Shown: one piece after another, positions 46,269 to 55,748 of the stretch
Position numbering within the stretch: the stretch's first letter is position 1
How the letters are laid out: every line of letters starts with the position of its first letter
Source of the DNA: an uncultured Arcobacter sp.
Lineage (GTDB): Bacteria; Campylobacterota; Campylobacteria; Campylobacterales; Arcobacteraceae
DNA: 64,000 nucleotides
Direction of reading: 5' to 3'
Assembly: GCA_965140705.1 (NCBI GenBank)
Contig: OZ223301.1
Location: 1-64,000 of the forward strand
Made by a program: the position numbers and the translations under genes
The notes under the pieces: generated by a model
Database searches by the model: none
What the model saw: the letters and a program-made list of their open reading frames with translations, nothing else
What the model was told of the DNA's origin: nothing

Positions 46269-47425
46269 ATATGCTATCATTTTTGGGTGAAACACCAACC
46301 AAGGCTTTAAGGAAAGCACAAGATGAGTGTGGAGAAGATGCAATAGTAATTTCGACAAAAAAAATCTCAGATCCAAATAGTAAAAAAAGTATGTATGAAG
46401 TTGTTGTTGCATTAGAAGAAGATTATGAAACAAATAAAAGTAAAAAACCAACATCCTTTACAAAAAAAATTGTGACATCTAATAGTAATTTAAAGGATAA
46501 GGATTTTTCTGCAAAAGTGTATGATTTTAAAGAAGAAATTCTTAAAATGCAAGATGCAATTGAACAAGTTCAAAAATCGATTTGGGACCCTAAGTCTCAA
46601 CTTTATGATTTAACTATACCTCCTGAGTTTGTGGATATTTATAATCTTTTTGAATCAAATGAATTTGATCAAGAAATGACTTATACTATAATGAAAAAGA
46701 CAATTAAACAATTGCCTGTAGGAATGAAATCTAATCCCCACAAAATTAATGATTTTTTTAAATTAATTCTTCGTCGTATAATTCCAATAAAAAATGAAGT
46801 TCCTCTTAGAAAACATCAAAGAAAAATAATGATGATGGTAGGACCAACAGGAGTTGGTAAAACAACTACAATAGCAAAATTAGCAGCTCGTTATGCATAT
46901 AAATTAGGGGAGAATTATAAAGTAGGTGTTGTAACATTAGATTCATTTAGAGTTGGAGCAATTGAGCAATTACAAGCTTATACAAACATAATGAGACTAC
47001 CTTTAGAAATTGTTAAGAAGCCAGAAGATTTAGTGGAATCATTATTAAGATTAAAAGATTGTAATTATATTTTTATAGATACAGCAGGTTCTAGTCAATA
47101 TGATATAGATAAAATAGAATTAATAAATGAATTTCAAAAAAAAGTAGATGAACTTCCAATAGAGAAAGTATTAGTTTTGCCTGCAAATGTTAAGCAGAGC
47201 GATTTAATGGATATTTACACAAATTATTCAAGATTAAATATTGATTACTTAACTTTTACAAAGCTTGATGAAACTAAAAGCTTTGGAAATTTAATCTCTT
47301 TTGCACATAAAACAAAAAAGTCTATTACTTATATGTCAATTGGGCAAAATGTTCCTGATGATTTAGTTGTTTCTAATTCATCATTTTTAATTGATTGTTT
47401 TATGAATCATGCATGTGTTAAGTAA
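46265..47425 (+). CDS. flhF: Flagellar biosynthesis SRP-like GTPase
   Basis: GEDAIVIS N-terminus, GPTGVGKTTTIAKLAA, DSFRVGAIEQL, DTAG, TKLDET, GQNVPDDL. Confidence 0.96.
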   Translation: MNMLSFLGETPTKALRKAQDECGEDAIVISTKKISDPNSKKSMYEVVVALEEDYETNKSKKPTSFTKKIVTSNSNLKDKDFSAKVYDFKEEILKMQDAIEQVQKSIWDPKSQLYDLTIPPEFVDIYNLFESNEFDQEMTYTIMKKTIKQLPVGMKSNPHKINDFFKLILRRIIPIKNEVPLRKHQRKIMMMVGPTGVGKTTTIAKLAARYAYKLGENYKVGVVTLDSFRVGAIEQLQAYTNIMRLPLEIVKKPEDLVESLLRLKDCNYIFIDTAGSSQYDIDKIELINEFQKKVDELPIEKVLVLPANVKQSDLMDIYTNYSRLNIDYLTFTKLDETKSFGNLISFAHKTKKSITYMSIGQNVPDDLVVSNSSFLIDCFMNHACVK

Positions 47426-47434
47426 GGAAAAAAG

Positions 47435-48259
47435 TTGATTAATACCATTTCTACACAAGCAAATAAATTAATAAATCTTACAAAAAGAAAGCAAAAAATC
47501 ACTCCTTCAAATACTAAATTATTAACAATAACTTCTGGAAAAGGAGGTGTTGGAAAGTCGACATTTACAGCTAATATTGCTTCCTTATTGGCAAAAAGAG
47601 GACTTAAAGTTGCAGTAATAGATGCAGATATTGGTTTAGCAAATATGCAAGTACTTTTTGATGTAAAGCCCACTTTAACACTGTTTGATTATATAGATGG
47701 GAAAGCTGATTTAGAAGAGGTATTTATACAAACAAAATATCCTAATATTACTCTAATTGCTGGTAAAAGTGGATATCAATACTCAAAGCATTCAAATAGT
47801 TTAGTATTAGCAAGAATTGTGCAAGATGTGATTGATATAGAAGTTTTTGATATTGTATTAATTGATACAGGAGCTGGATTAAATGATTATGTTAAAGAAT
47901 TTTTGTCAATTTCTAATAATATTTTAGCTTTAACTACAACAGATCCTAGTGCATTAACAGATGTGTATGCTTTAATGAAAATGCTCTCCAAAGATAAAAG
48001 TTCGCTTATGTTGTCTTTTAATCATACAAAAAACTACAAAATAGGAGAATCTATAACAAATTCATTGCAGAATCTAGCACTCAAAAATAGATTAAATCCT
48101 AATTTTATGATAGAATATATGGGTAATGTAAGCAGTTCTAAAAATATTTCCACAACTGGAAGATTGAGAAAATTATTTGTAAATGAGTTTGAAGATCAAC
48201 TAGTTACTAGAGAATTGGAGTTTATTGTTAGTTCATTGCTAAAAAAAATAAATAAATAG
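47435..48259 (+). CDS. flhG: MinD-like flagellar number regulator
   Basis: TQANKL, TSGKGGVGKS, DADIGLAN, DTGAG, DPSALTDVYALMK; follows flhF. Confidence 0.92.
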   Translation: MINTISTQANKLINLTKRKQKITPSNTKLLTITSGKGGVGKSTFTANIASLLAKRGLKVAVIDADIGLANMQVLFDVKPTLTLFDYIDGKADLEEVFIQTKYPNITLIAGKSGYQYSKHSNSLVLARIVQDVIDIEVFDIVLIDTGAGLNDYVKEFLSISNNILALTTTDPSALTDVYALMKMLSKDKSSLMLSFNHTKNYKIGESITNSLQNLALKNRLNPNFMIEYMGNVSSSKNISTTGRLRKLFVNEFEDQLVTRELEFIVSSLLKKINK

Positions 48260-48273
48260 AGTTTGGATAAAAA

Positions 48274-48600
48274 GTGATTATAGAAAGATTTTCAAAAACA
48301 GTTATTGCAAGTGGAATTTTACGATTTTATGTTGCAACTGGTTTCTTTGGTACATCTTTATTTTTTTTATTTAATGTAAACCTATTTACACCTATGGAAA
48401 TTGTGTTAGGTATTATTTTTGCCACAGTTTTTTTAAAAACTTTGTCAAATGTGATGTTATCTTTGCTGATACTATTATTTAATCTTGATAATAAAAAAGC
48501 AGAGTTAGATTTTAAATATCATACACAAAAAATTGACGAATTGTTGAGTGAGTTAACAACAACTGATTCAGATAGTAAAAATACTAGTGCAACAAACTAG
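48274..48600 (+). CDS. Hypothetical small two-TM membrane protein
   Basis: GGA SD plus GTG start; two hydrophobic segments; fills the flhG-fliE gap. Confidence 0.65.
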   Translation: MIIERFSKTVIASGILRFYVATGFFGTSLFFLFNVNLFTPMEIVLGIIFATVFLKTLSNVMLSLLILLFNLDNKKAELDFKYHTQKIDELLSELTTTDSDSKNTSATN

Positions 48601-48611
48601 AGGAGAGTTAA

Positions 48612-48914
48612 ATGGATATTTCAGGAATTAATGGCATTTCTAATGTTTTTAATAAAGATACTGTTCAAAAAACAAATGAGACTGAAAATCAAGGTGAATC
48701 TTTTGCTTCTATGTTAAAGAAAGCAGTTAATGAAGTTAATGATACTCAAGTTGATGGTTATAAAGCAATGGAAAATATTGCAACTGGAAAAGTGGAAAAT
48801 TTGCAAGAAGCTGTTTCTAAAATTGAAGAAGCAGAAATGACTTTAAAACTTGCATTAGAAGTAAAAAATAAGGCAATGGCTGGATTTAAACAAGTCATGT
48901 CAATGCAAGTTTAG
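48612..48914 (+). CDS. fliE: Flagellar hook-basal body protein
   Basis: SFASMLKKAVNEVNDTQ, LALEVKNK, VMSMQV. Confidence 0.93.
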   Translation: MDISGINGISNVFNKDTVQKTNETENQGESFASMLKKAVNEVNDTQVDGYKAMENIATGKVENLQEAVSKIEEAEMTLKLALEVKNKAMAGFKQVMSMQV

Positions 48915-48928
48915 AACTAGGAGTTATT

Positions 48929-49390
48929 ATGGGCTTTTTTGATGGATATAATATAGCAAGTTCTGGAATGAGTGCACAAAGAACAAGAATTAATGTTGTA
49001 AGTGCAAATATTGCAAATGCTAAAACTACTCATTCAACAGATGGCGGTCCCTATAAAAAACAAAATGTTGTTTTTCAAGAGATGTTATTAAGTGAAAATG
49101 AAAAATTGAAAGCCAATGATAATCAAGATAAACAATCTACTCTTCCAAGTAAAAATTTAAGTGGAGTGGGTATAAAAGAGATAGTTGAATCAAAAGATAA
49201 ACCTATTATGAAGTTTGAACCAGATCATCCAGATGCAAATGCGGATGGTTATGTTGCATATCCAAATATTAATCCTGTTATTGAAATGGTTGATTTAATA
49301 GAGGCTATGAGATCTTATGAAGCCAATGTTTCAGCATTTACAACTACAAAAACAATTGATACGAAAACATTAGAATTATTAAGATCATAA
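48929..49390 (+). CDS. flgC: Flagellar basal-body rod protein
   Basis: SGMSAQRTRINVVSANIAN, GGPYKK, PDHPDANADGYVAYPNIN, AMRSYEAN. Confidence 0.97.
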   Translation: MGFFDGYNIASSGMSAQRTRINVVSANIANAKTTHSTDGGPYKKQNVVFQEMLLSENEKLKANDNQDKQSTLPSKNLSGVGIKEIVESKDKPIMKFEPDHPDANADGYVAYPNINPVIEMVDLIEAMRSYEANVSAFTTTKTIDTKTLELLRS

Positions 49391-49409
49391 CTGCTTATAA
49401 GGATAAAGA

Positions 49410-51935
49410 ATGAGCAATGAATTAGAACTTTTCTCTACTTCCAAATCAACGGAAATAACAAATACTTCCAAAACTACACAAAATAATTCTCAAAAAAAAG
49501 AGGGTGAATCTCTATTTGATAAATTTCTTAGTAAAGCAAAAACTGATATTGAAAATTCTGAAAATGAAATAAAATCAAATATAAAAAGTGAAAAAGAAGT
49601 AAAAAAAGATACTAAAACAGAAAAAGCAGATAAAACTGATAATTTAAAGAGTGAAGTTAAAAGTGAAACAAAAACAGATTCAGCAAAAACTGATGGAAAA
49701 GTTACTTCATTGATGGATAGATTAATTCAAGAAACAAGATCAAATGTAAAAAGTGAAAAAGAAGTAAAAAAAGATACTAAAACAGAAAAAGCAGATAAAA
49801 CTGATAATTCAAAGAGTGAAGTTAAAAGTGAAACAAAAACAGATTCAGCAAAAACTGATGGAAAAGTTACTTCATTGATGGATAGATTAATTCAAGAAAC
49901 AAGATCAAATGTAAAAAGTGAAAAAGAAGTAAAAAAAGATACTAAAACAGAAAAAGCAGATAAAACTGATAATTCAAAGAGTGAAGTTAAAAGTGAAATA
50001 AAAACAGATTCAGCAAAAACTGATGGAAAAGTTACTTCATTGATGGATAGATTAATTCAAGAAACAAGATCAAATGTAAAAAGTGAAAAAGAAGTAAAAA
50101 AAGATACTAAAACAGAAAAAGCAGATAAAACTGATAATTCAAAGAGTGAAGTTAAAAGTGAAATAAAAACAGATTCAGCAAAAACTGATGAGAAAACTAC
50201 TGCTTTAAATAATACTTCACTTGAAGAGTTAAAATCAAATATAAAAAAAGATACTAAAACAGAAAAAGTAGAAAAAACTGATAATTTAAAAAGTCAAATA
50301 AAAATAGATACAGCAAAAATTGATGAAAAATCAACTTCTTTAAATAATGATTCACTTGAAAAGCTAAAAACAAAAGAAGTAAAAAAAGATATTAAAACTG
50401 ATAATTCAAATGTAGAAGTTAAAAATGAAGTAAAAATAACATCTTTAGTAAATAATTTAGTTCAAGAATCAGATACAAATGTTCTAGAAGTAAAAAAAGA
50501 GTCCAATACTCAAAAGAAAGATAAAGTAGATACTTCAAAAAGTGAAGCAAAAAATAATTTAAATATTGATGGTACTAAAAATGCTGAAATTAATCTAAAA
50601 ATAGATTCTAAGAGTGGAAATAAAGTAGATAATGGTAAAAAAAACATTCTAAGTGAATCAAATAATTTGTCAAACCAAAAAGTTGAAAAAGATACTTCAC
50701 TTCAAAAAGGTTCAAATGATACAATAGATACTAAAAGCCAAAAAGATTTAAATCAAAATAAACCATTACCAAGTGAAAATACTCACAAAGAAGTAGTAAA
50801 AAATAGTAGTAAAAACTCTAGTTCAACTTTAGAAAAAAGTAATTCAAAAGATTTAAATTTAGAAGTTAAGAATCCAAAAATTTCAAATGATTTGTCTAAG
50901 TTAAATGTAGAAACAAAAAATGGGAAAACTACTTTAACTAATGAAGAAATAATACCAACTAAAGAAAAAAACACAAAAAATGAATCTTTAATTGATAAGC
51001 TTCTAAGGGAAAATAATCCTAAAAAAGAGGCTCTTCCAAGTGAACAATTGATAAAACCTACTTTAAGCAATTCAAGTGAATTATCAAAATCAAAAAATGA
51101 TTTATTGACTAATATTTACATGAGTAGTCAAAAGAAATCTACAGATGTAAAAAAACTTGAAACAAAACATGAAGGTGTAGAAATTGCAAAAAAAGCAACT
51201 ACTACAAAAGAAGTTGAGCAAAGTGCAAAAGTATTGAATCTAGGTTTAGAAAAAGTTGAAGTAAAAATAGAAAAAAGTGTAGAGCCTCAAAGTGAAACTA
51301 AATTATCATCAACTTTTGAAAGATTGTCATTTATTAAAAACGGAACAAGTAATTCAAAGGAATCTAAAGATTCTAGTGAAGAGAAATTTAAAGATGACAA
51401 AGGAAGTTTTTTAATTCAAAGTAAAAAACTTGATGATAAATTATTAGATTCAAAGTTAGTTAATTTAACTGTTAGTTCAGCTGCTGCACAAACTATACAA
51501 AATAGAATTATTGGAGCAAGACAACATATGTCTACTATGATGTCAGATTTGGCAAGGGTGATGTATGAAAACTATAATCCACCAGTAACTGCATTTAGAG
51601 TGAATTTAAATCCTTCTGCTTTGGGACATATTGCTATTCTTATTAGGGGTGATGCAAAAAATAATTCTTTATCAATTAGTATGAAATCAAGTAATAATTC
51701 AACTAAAGAAAATTTAGAAGAAAACCAATCAATGCTAAAAGATAGTTTGTTTAGAAGTTTTGCAGGTGGAGCTACTTCTTTTGATTTAGATTTTGGTAGT
51801 TATGAAGGCAATGATACTCCTTCTGAAAATCTAAATATGAATCAAAATAAAGAATTTTCAAGTGAAACTATAAGTACAAATAACAAAATAGAAGAGGCTG
51901 AATCAAAAGATAGTAAAGATAAATATTACATGTAA
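49410..51935 (+). CDS. fliK: Flagellar hook-length control protein
   Basis: Long low-complexity K/S/E/N/T region; C-terminal FRVNLNPSALGHIAILI...LEENQSMLKDSL (Flg_hook/T3S4 domain); flagellar context. Confidence 0.82.
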   Translation: MSNELELFSTSKSTEITNTSKTTQNNSQKKEGESLFDKFLSKAKTDIENSENEIKSNIKSEKEVKKDTKTEKADKTDNLKSEVKSETKTDSAKTDGKVTSLMDRLIQETRSNVKSEKEVKKDTKTEKADKTDNSKSEVKSETKTDSAKTDGKVTSLMDRLIQETRSNVKSEKEVKKDTKTEKADKTDNSKSEVKSEIKTDSAKTDGKVTSLMDRLIQETRSNVKSEKEVKKDTKTEKADKTDNSKSEVKSEIKTDSAKTDEKTTALNNTSLEELKSNIKKDTKTEKVEKTDNLKSQIKIDTAKIDEKSTSLNNDSLEKLKTKEVKKDIKTDNSNVEVKNEVKITSLVNNLVQESDTNVLEVKKESNTQKKDKVDTSKSEAKNNLNIDGTKNAEINLKIDSKSGNKVDNGKKNILSESNNLSNQKVEKDTSLQKGSNDTIDTKSQKDLNQNKPLPSENTHKEVVKNSSKNSSSTLEKSNSKDLNLEVKNPKISNDLSKLNVETKNGKTTLTNEEIIPTKEKNTKNESLIDKLLRENNPKKEALPSEQLIKPTLSNSSELSKSKNDLLTNIYMSSQKKSTDVKKLETKHEGVEIAKKATTTKEVEQSAKVLNLGLEKVEVKIEKSVEPQSETKLSSTFERLSFIKNGTSNSKESKDSSEEKFKDDKGSFLIQSKKLDDKLLDSKLVNLTVSSAAAQTIQNRIIGARQHMSTMMSDLARVMYENYNPPVTAFRVNLNPSALGHIAILIRGDAKNNSLSISMKSSNNSTKENLEENQSMLKDSLFRSFAGGATSFDLDFGSYEGNDTPSENLNMNQNKEFSSETISTNNKIEEAESKDSKDKYYM
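49575..50190 (+). repeat. In-frame tandem repeat, 165-bp (55-aa) unit, about 3.7 near-identical copies
   Basis: agtgaaaaagaagt recurs at 49587, 49752, 49917 and 50082; degenerate copies continue to about 50550. Confidence 0.95.
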
Positions 51936-52684
51936 TGGAAGCATTATTATCTTTACTTAATGAAAGCACGGTAATAAATTTTTTATTACTCTTTGCTAGA
52001 ATTTTAGCATTTATGGCATTTATGCCAATATTTGGACATAAAGTTGTAAATGTTAGAATGAGAGCAGCCTTGTCTTTTTATGTAACACTTTTTTTATTTC
52101 CTATGCTTCAAATTGAATCCCAAGTTACTTCAAGTGGATTTTTAATTGCTATACTTTCAGAAGCAACTTTGGGCCTAATTGCCTCTATGCTTGTAAATAT
52201 TATATTTAATGCTGTAAAAATGATTGGTGAGTTTGTTGGTTATGCAACAGCTCTTTCAATGGCTAGTTTTTTTGACCCAGCTTCTGGTACGAATGAAGGT
52301 ATTCTTGCAAGATTGATGTTTTATATTGGTCTTGCAGTATTTTTTGAATCAGGAATGTATGAAATGACTTTTTCCATTTTGGCAAAAAGTTTTACAATAG
52401 TTCACTTAGGTGCATTTGATATTTATTCATATGATGGAATAAAATTACTTATTGATGAGATTAATAGGATGTTTGCTTTTACTTTTGCTTTTGCTTTCCC
52501 ACTATTTTTTATTGGCTTTGTAATTGATATTTATTATGCTTATGGTACAAAATCTATGCCAGCATTTTCACCTTTTGTTATTACTTTTCAGTTAAAATTT
52601 GCTTTAATTATGATATTTATTATGATGGGAATGGAAGTATTCACTGAAGCTTTTACCAATTATTTTATTACAAAATTTCAATAG
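51935..52684 (+). CDS. fliR: Flagellar export gate protein
   Basis: LLFARILAF...PIFG, EATLG, FDPASG; very hydrophobic; precedes flhB. Confidence 0.9.
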   Translation: MEALLSLLNESTVINFLLLFARILAFMAFMPIFGHKVVNVRMRAALSFYVTLFLFPMLQIESQVTSSGFLIAILSEATLGLIASMLVNIIFNAVKMIGEFVGYATALSMASFFDPASGTNEGILARLMFYIGLAVFFESGMYEMTFSILAKSFTIVHLGAFDIYSYDGIKLLIDEINRMFAFTFAFAFPLFFIGFVIDIYYAYGTKSMPAFSPFVITFQLKFALIMIFIMMGMEVFTEAFTNYFITKFQ

Positions 52685-52696
52685 GGAGGGTATATT

Positions 52697-53749
52697 ATGG
52701 CTGATGATACAGATAAAACCGAAGAACCCACCGCCAAGAAATTAGAAAAAGCTAGAGGTGAAGGAAATGTTCCTAAATCTGGTGAAGTGGTAGGTGCCGC
52801 TATACTTTTATTTGGGACTGTGTATATGCTTTTTTGGAGTACATATACTTATGATTCCATAAAAAAACTTATGATTTTTATTTTTAATAAAATTGGGCAA
52901 GAGTTAACTTCCACAGATTATTATAATATGACAAATGCAATTATTACAACAATATTTTATTCTTTAGCTCCATTTTTTTTAGTGGTTATTCTATTGGCTA
53001 TTATTTTAAATGTAGTTCAATTTGGATTTTTAACTAATCCAATAAAGTTAAAATTTGAGAAATTAAATCCAGTATCCGGAATTAAAGGACTATTCTCTTT
53101 AAAAAAACTGTTAGAAGCTGTAAAGTTATTGGCAAAATTGACCTTAATAGTTTTTGTTATGACTATTTTGTTTGGGCTTACTTACAAAGGCTTTTTAGCA
53201 ATGATGGATAAGGACATTACTTCTTCTTTAGATGCAATGTTTACTCTTTTATTATATTTTGTTGGAGCTATATTATTTATAGTAATATTATTTGCTATAA
53301 TAGATTATTTTTTTACTAGACATTACTATTTTAAGTCACTTAAAATGAGTAAAGAAGAAGTGAAAGATGAACATAAAAATATGGAAGGGGATCCTAAAGT
53401 AAAAGCTAAGATAAAAGGTATTCAGTACAAATTACACTATGAAAGAATGAGAGCAAGTGCAAAGGATGCAGATGTTGTTATTACAAATCCTACGCATTAT
53501 TCTGTTGGTTTACAATATGATAGTTCAGTAAACTCTGCTCCAAAAGTTGTAGCTAAAGGGGTTGATTTCTTAGCTTTAAAAATAAGAGATGTTGCGAAGG
53601 AAAATAAGATTCCTATTATTGAAAATCCTTCTTTGGCAAGGGCTTTATACGATCAAATTGAAATTGATCAAGAGATACCTGGAGAATTTTATCAAGCTAT
53701 GGCTGAAGTATTTTCTTATGTATATGAATTAAATAAAAATAAAAGGTAA
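52697..53749 (+). CDS. flhB: Flagellar export switch protein
   Basis: DKTEEPTAKKLEKAR.EG.VPKS, KMSKEEVKDEHKNMEGDP, autocleavage motif NPTH. Confidence 0.97.
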   Translation: MADDTDKTEEPTAKKLEKARGEGNVPKSGEVVGAAILLFGTVYMLFWSTYTYDSIKKLMIFIFNKIGQELTSTDYYNMTNAIITTIFYSLAPFFLVVILLAIILNVVQFGFLTNPIKLKFEKLNPVSGIKGLFSLKKLLEAVKLLAKLTLIVFVMTILFGLTYKGFLAMMDKDITSSLDAMFTLLLYFVGAILFIVILFAIIDYFFTRHYYFKSLKMSKEEVKDEHKNMEGDPKVKAKIKGIQYKLHYERMRASAKDADVVITNPTHYSVGLQYDSSVNSAPKVVAKGVDFLALKIRDVAKENKIPIIENPSLARALYDQIEIDQEIPGEFYQAMAEVFSYVYELNKNKR

Positions 53750-53752
53750 GTT

Positions 53753-55747
53753 TTGAGATTTTTAATAATACTGTTTTTACTATTTACTTTTTCAAGTGCT
53801 AAAGTAGATTTTTATTATAGTTTTATAGACCCATCAGGAACACAGATTTCAGAAAAAAGAAAAAATGACATCAAAGATGGATTTGAATTACTTCAACAAG
53901 TAAAAAATTTAGCTAAAAATGGAAAAGTTGATGAAGCTTTTGCTGAAATAGAGAGTTTTAAAGCAACAAATAAAATTGATATATTAAATTCAGATATCTT
54001 ACTTACTTATTCAGAAATTGCACTTAAAAAAGCTAGTAAGAGAATTATTTCTGAAGCTTCAAATGAATTAGAATTAGCTATAAATACAAGTCAAATCAAT
54101 GAAGAAGATTTAGCAAAAGCGTATATGTTAATGGTTGATTTTAAATTGGAAACAAATAGAGTAAAAGAAGCAAAATATTTTGCTGAAATTATTATTAATA
54201 ACTTCTCAGATAAGATTACAAATGCTTATGGACAAATTTATTTAGCTAAAGTATATAAGTATACAAAATCTTATTCTAAAGCCATTAAAACCCTATATAA
54301 TATTTTAGTAAATACAACTGATGTTTTAGTAGCTACTATTGTTGCTGATGAATTATTTGATATTTATATTTTAGATGGACAAAAGGAAAAAGCATATGAA
54401 CTTATATCAAAAGTTTTAGATAAAAACATTGATTATTATTCAGAAGATTCATATGTTGCTCTAAGAAAGGTTGATAAACTTGTTGATGCAAATATGCCAG
54501 AATTTGCAGTTGAAATTTTAAAAGAGCTTTTAAATAGGGCAAAACAATCGGAATTTATAGAAGAATTTAAGTTCAAATTAGCAAATGTTTATATGGAAAT
54601 GTATGATGGAACAAACTATTATTTGTACAAAGCAAAAGAGTTGTATAAAGATATTTTGACTGATTATCCAAATGGGTTATATGCAAATGATGCAAAAATG
54701 TATATTGATGAGATATTAATGAGAGAGGGGAATATTACACCTCAATTAATTGTTTCAAAGTACCCAAATTCAGAAGCTATGAAACAAAAAGCACTGCTTC
54801 AAGAGTTGTTAAATTTTAAAAAAGAAAAAAAATATGAATTTATTTTAAAATCTAAAAGAGTTTATGGCAAAATTGCTGATTCAATTGCAAAGAGATTTGC
54901 ATATAAAAATGTCGGTGAAATTTTTGATGAAGTTAATGTTGATTTGATCAAACAATATTTAAAAAATGATCAGTGTTCTTTAATGAATAAGGCCCTTAGA
55001 ACTTCTAGAAAAGAGACATTAGAACTTTTAATAAAAGATGAAAAAGTAAAGTATAATTTTTTTGAATGTTTAATTGAAGTACCTTATGAAAGAGCTTATG
55101 AGATGTTAAAAGAGACTTTTAATACAAGTCGTGATGCTACATTATATTTATACCTAGAAAGAATGGCATATTCTTTAGGGCTAGAAGATGATGCTATGGA
55201 TTTTTCTTCAAAAGTTGAAATGGTAAATAATAAAAAAGTTTTAGCAAAAGAATTTCTTTATAGATTTTTAGTTTACAGTGCAAAAAAAGATTCAATAGTT
55301 ATGGAGAAATTTTTCTACTATGCAACTAGGTTTCCTGAGTTTATAACAGAAAATGATAATAATCCTCTTATAATAGATTTTTATTATCAATATTATTTAT
55401 ATCTAATTGGAAAAGATAAACAAGATGAAGCTGAAAAAATTTTAAACAAGCTTTATTTAAAGCAAAAAGAGTTTGATGCTTATGTCTATTCTCCTTTTGT
55501 TGATATTGAATTAGCAATGATAGAAAAAAGAAAAAATAATATACCTAGGGCAATAGAATATTTAACTGATTCTATTAAAAATACAAGAAATATGAAACCA
55601 AATGACCAAGCAAGAGTTGATTATGAATTGATAAGGCTATATGATACTGAAGGCTTAAGTGCTTTGAAAAACGAATTTATAACAAAATGTAAAGATATTA
55701 AAAATACAAAAGATTCTTTATATAAAACCATGTGCGATAAGATGTAA
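53753..55747 (+). CDS. Exported TPR-like alpha-solenoid protein (possible PflA-like flagellar scaffold)
   Basis: Signal peptide MRFLIILFLLFTFSSA; repeated TPR-like helices (YLAKVY..SYSKAI, FKLANVY, LYKDILTDYP). Confidence 0.65.
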   Translation: MRFLIILFLLFTFSSAKVDFYYSFIDPSGTQISEKRKNDIKDGFELLQQVKNLAKNGKVDEAFAEIESFKATNKIDILNSDILLTYSEIALKKASKRIISEASNELELAINTSQINEEDLAKAYMLMVDFKLETNRVKEAKYFAEIIINNFSDKITNAYGQIYLAKVYKYTKSYSKAIKTLYNILVNTTDVLVATIVADELFDIYILDGQKEKAYELISKVLDKNIDYYSEDSYVALRKVDKLVDANMPEFAVEILKELLNRAKQSEFIEEFKFKLANVYMEMYDGTNYYLYKAKELYKDILTDYPNGLYANDAKMYIDEILMREGNITPQLIVSKYPNSEAMKQKALLQELLNFKKEKKYEFILKSKRVYGKIADSIAKRFAYKNVGEIFDEVNVDLIKQYLKNDQCSLMNKALRTSRKETLELLIKDEKVKYNFFECLIEVPYERAYEMLKETFNTSRDATLYLYLERMAYSLGLEDDAMDFSSKVEMVNNKKVLAKEFLYRFLVYSAKKDSIVMEKFFYYATRFPEFITENDNNPLIIDFYYQYYLYLIGKDKQDEAEKILNKLYLKQKEFDAYVYSPFVDIELAMIEKRKNNIPRAIEYLTDSIKNTRNMKPNDQARVDYELIRLYDTEGLSALKNEFITKCKDIKNTKDSLYKTMCDKM

Positions 55748-55748
55748 A

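Noticed and set aside
49575..50190. fliK repeat as a CRISPR array or mobile element
   Set aside because: Contiguous in-frame 165-bp units with no unique spacers, terminal repeats or transposase
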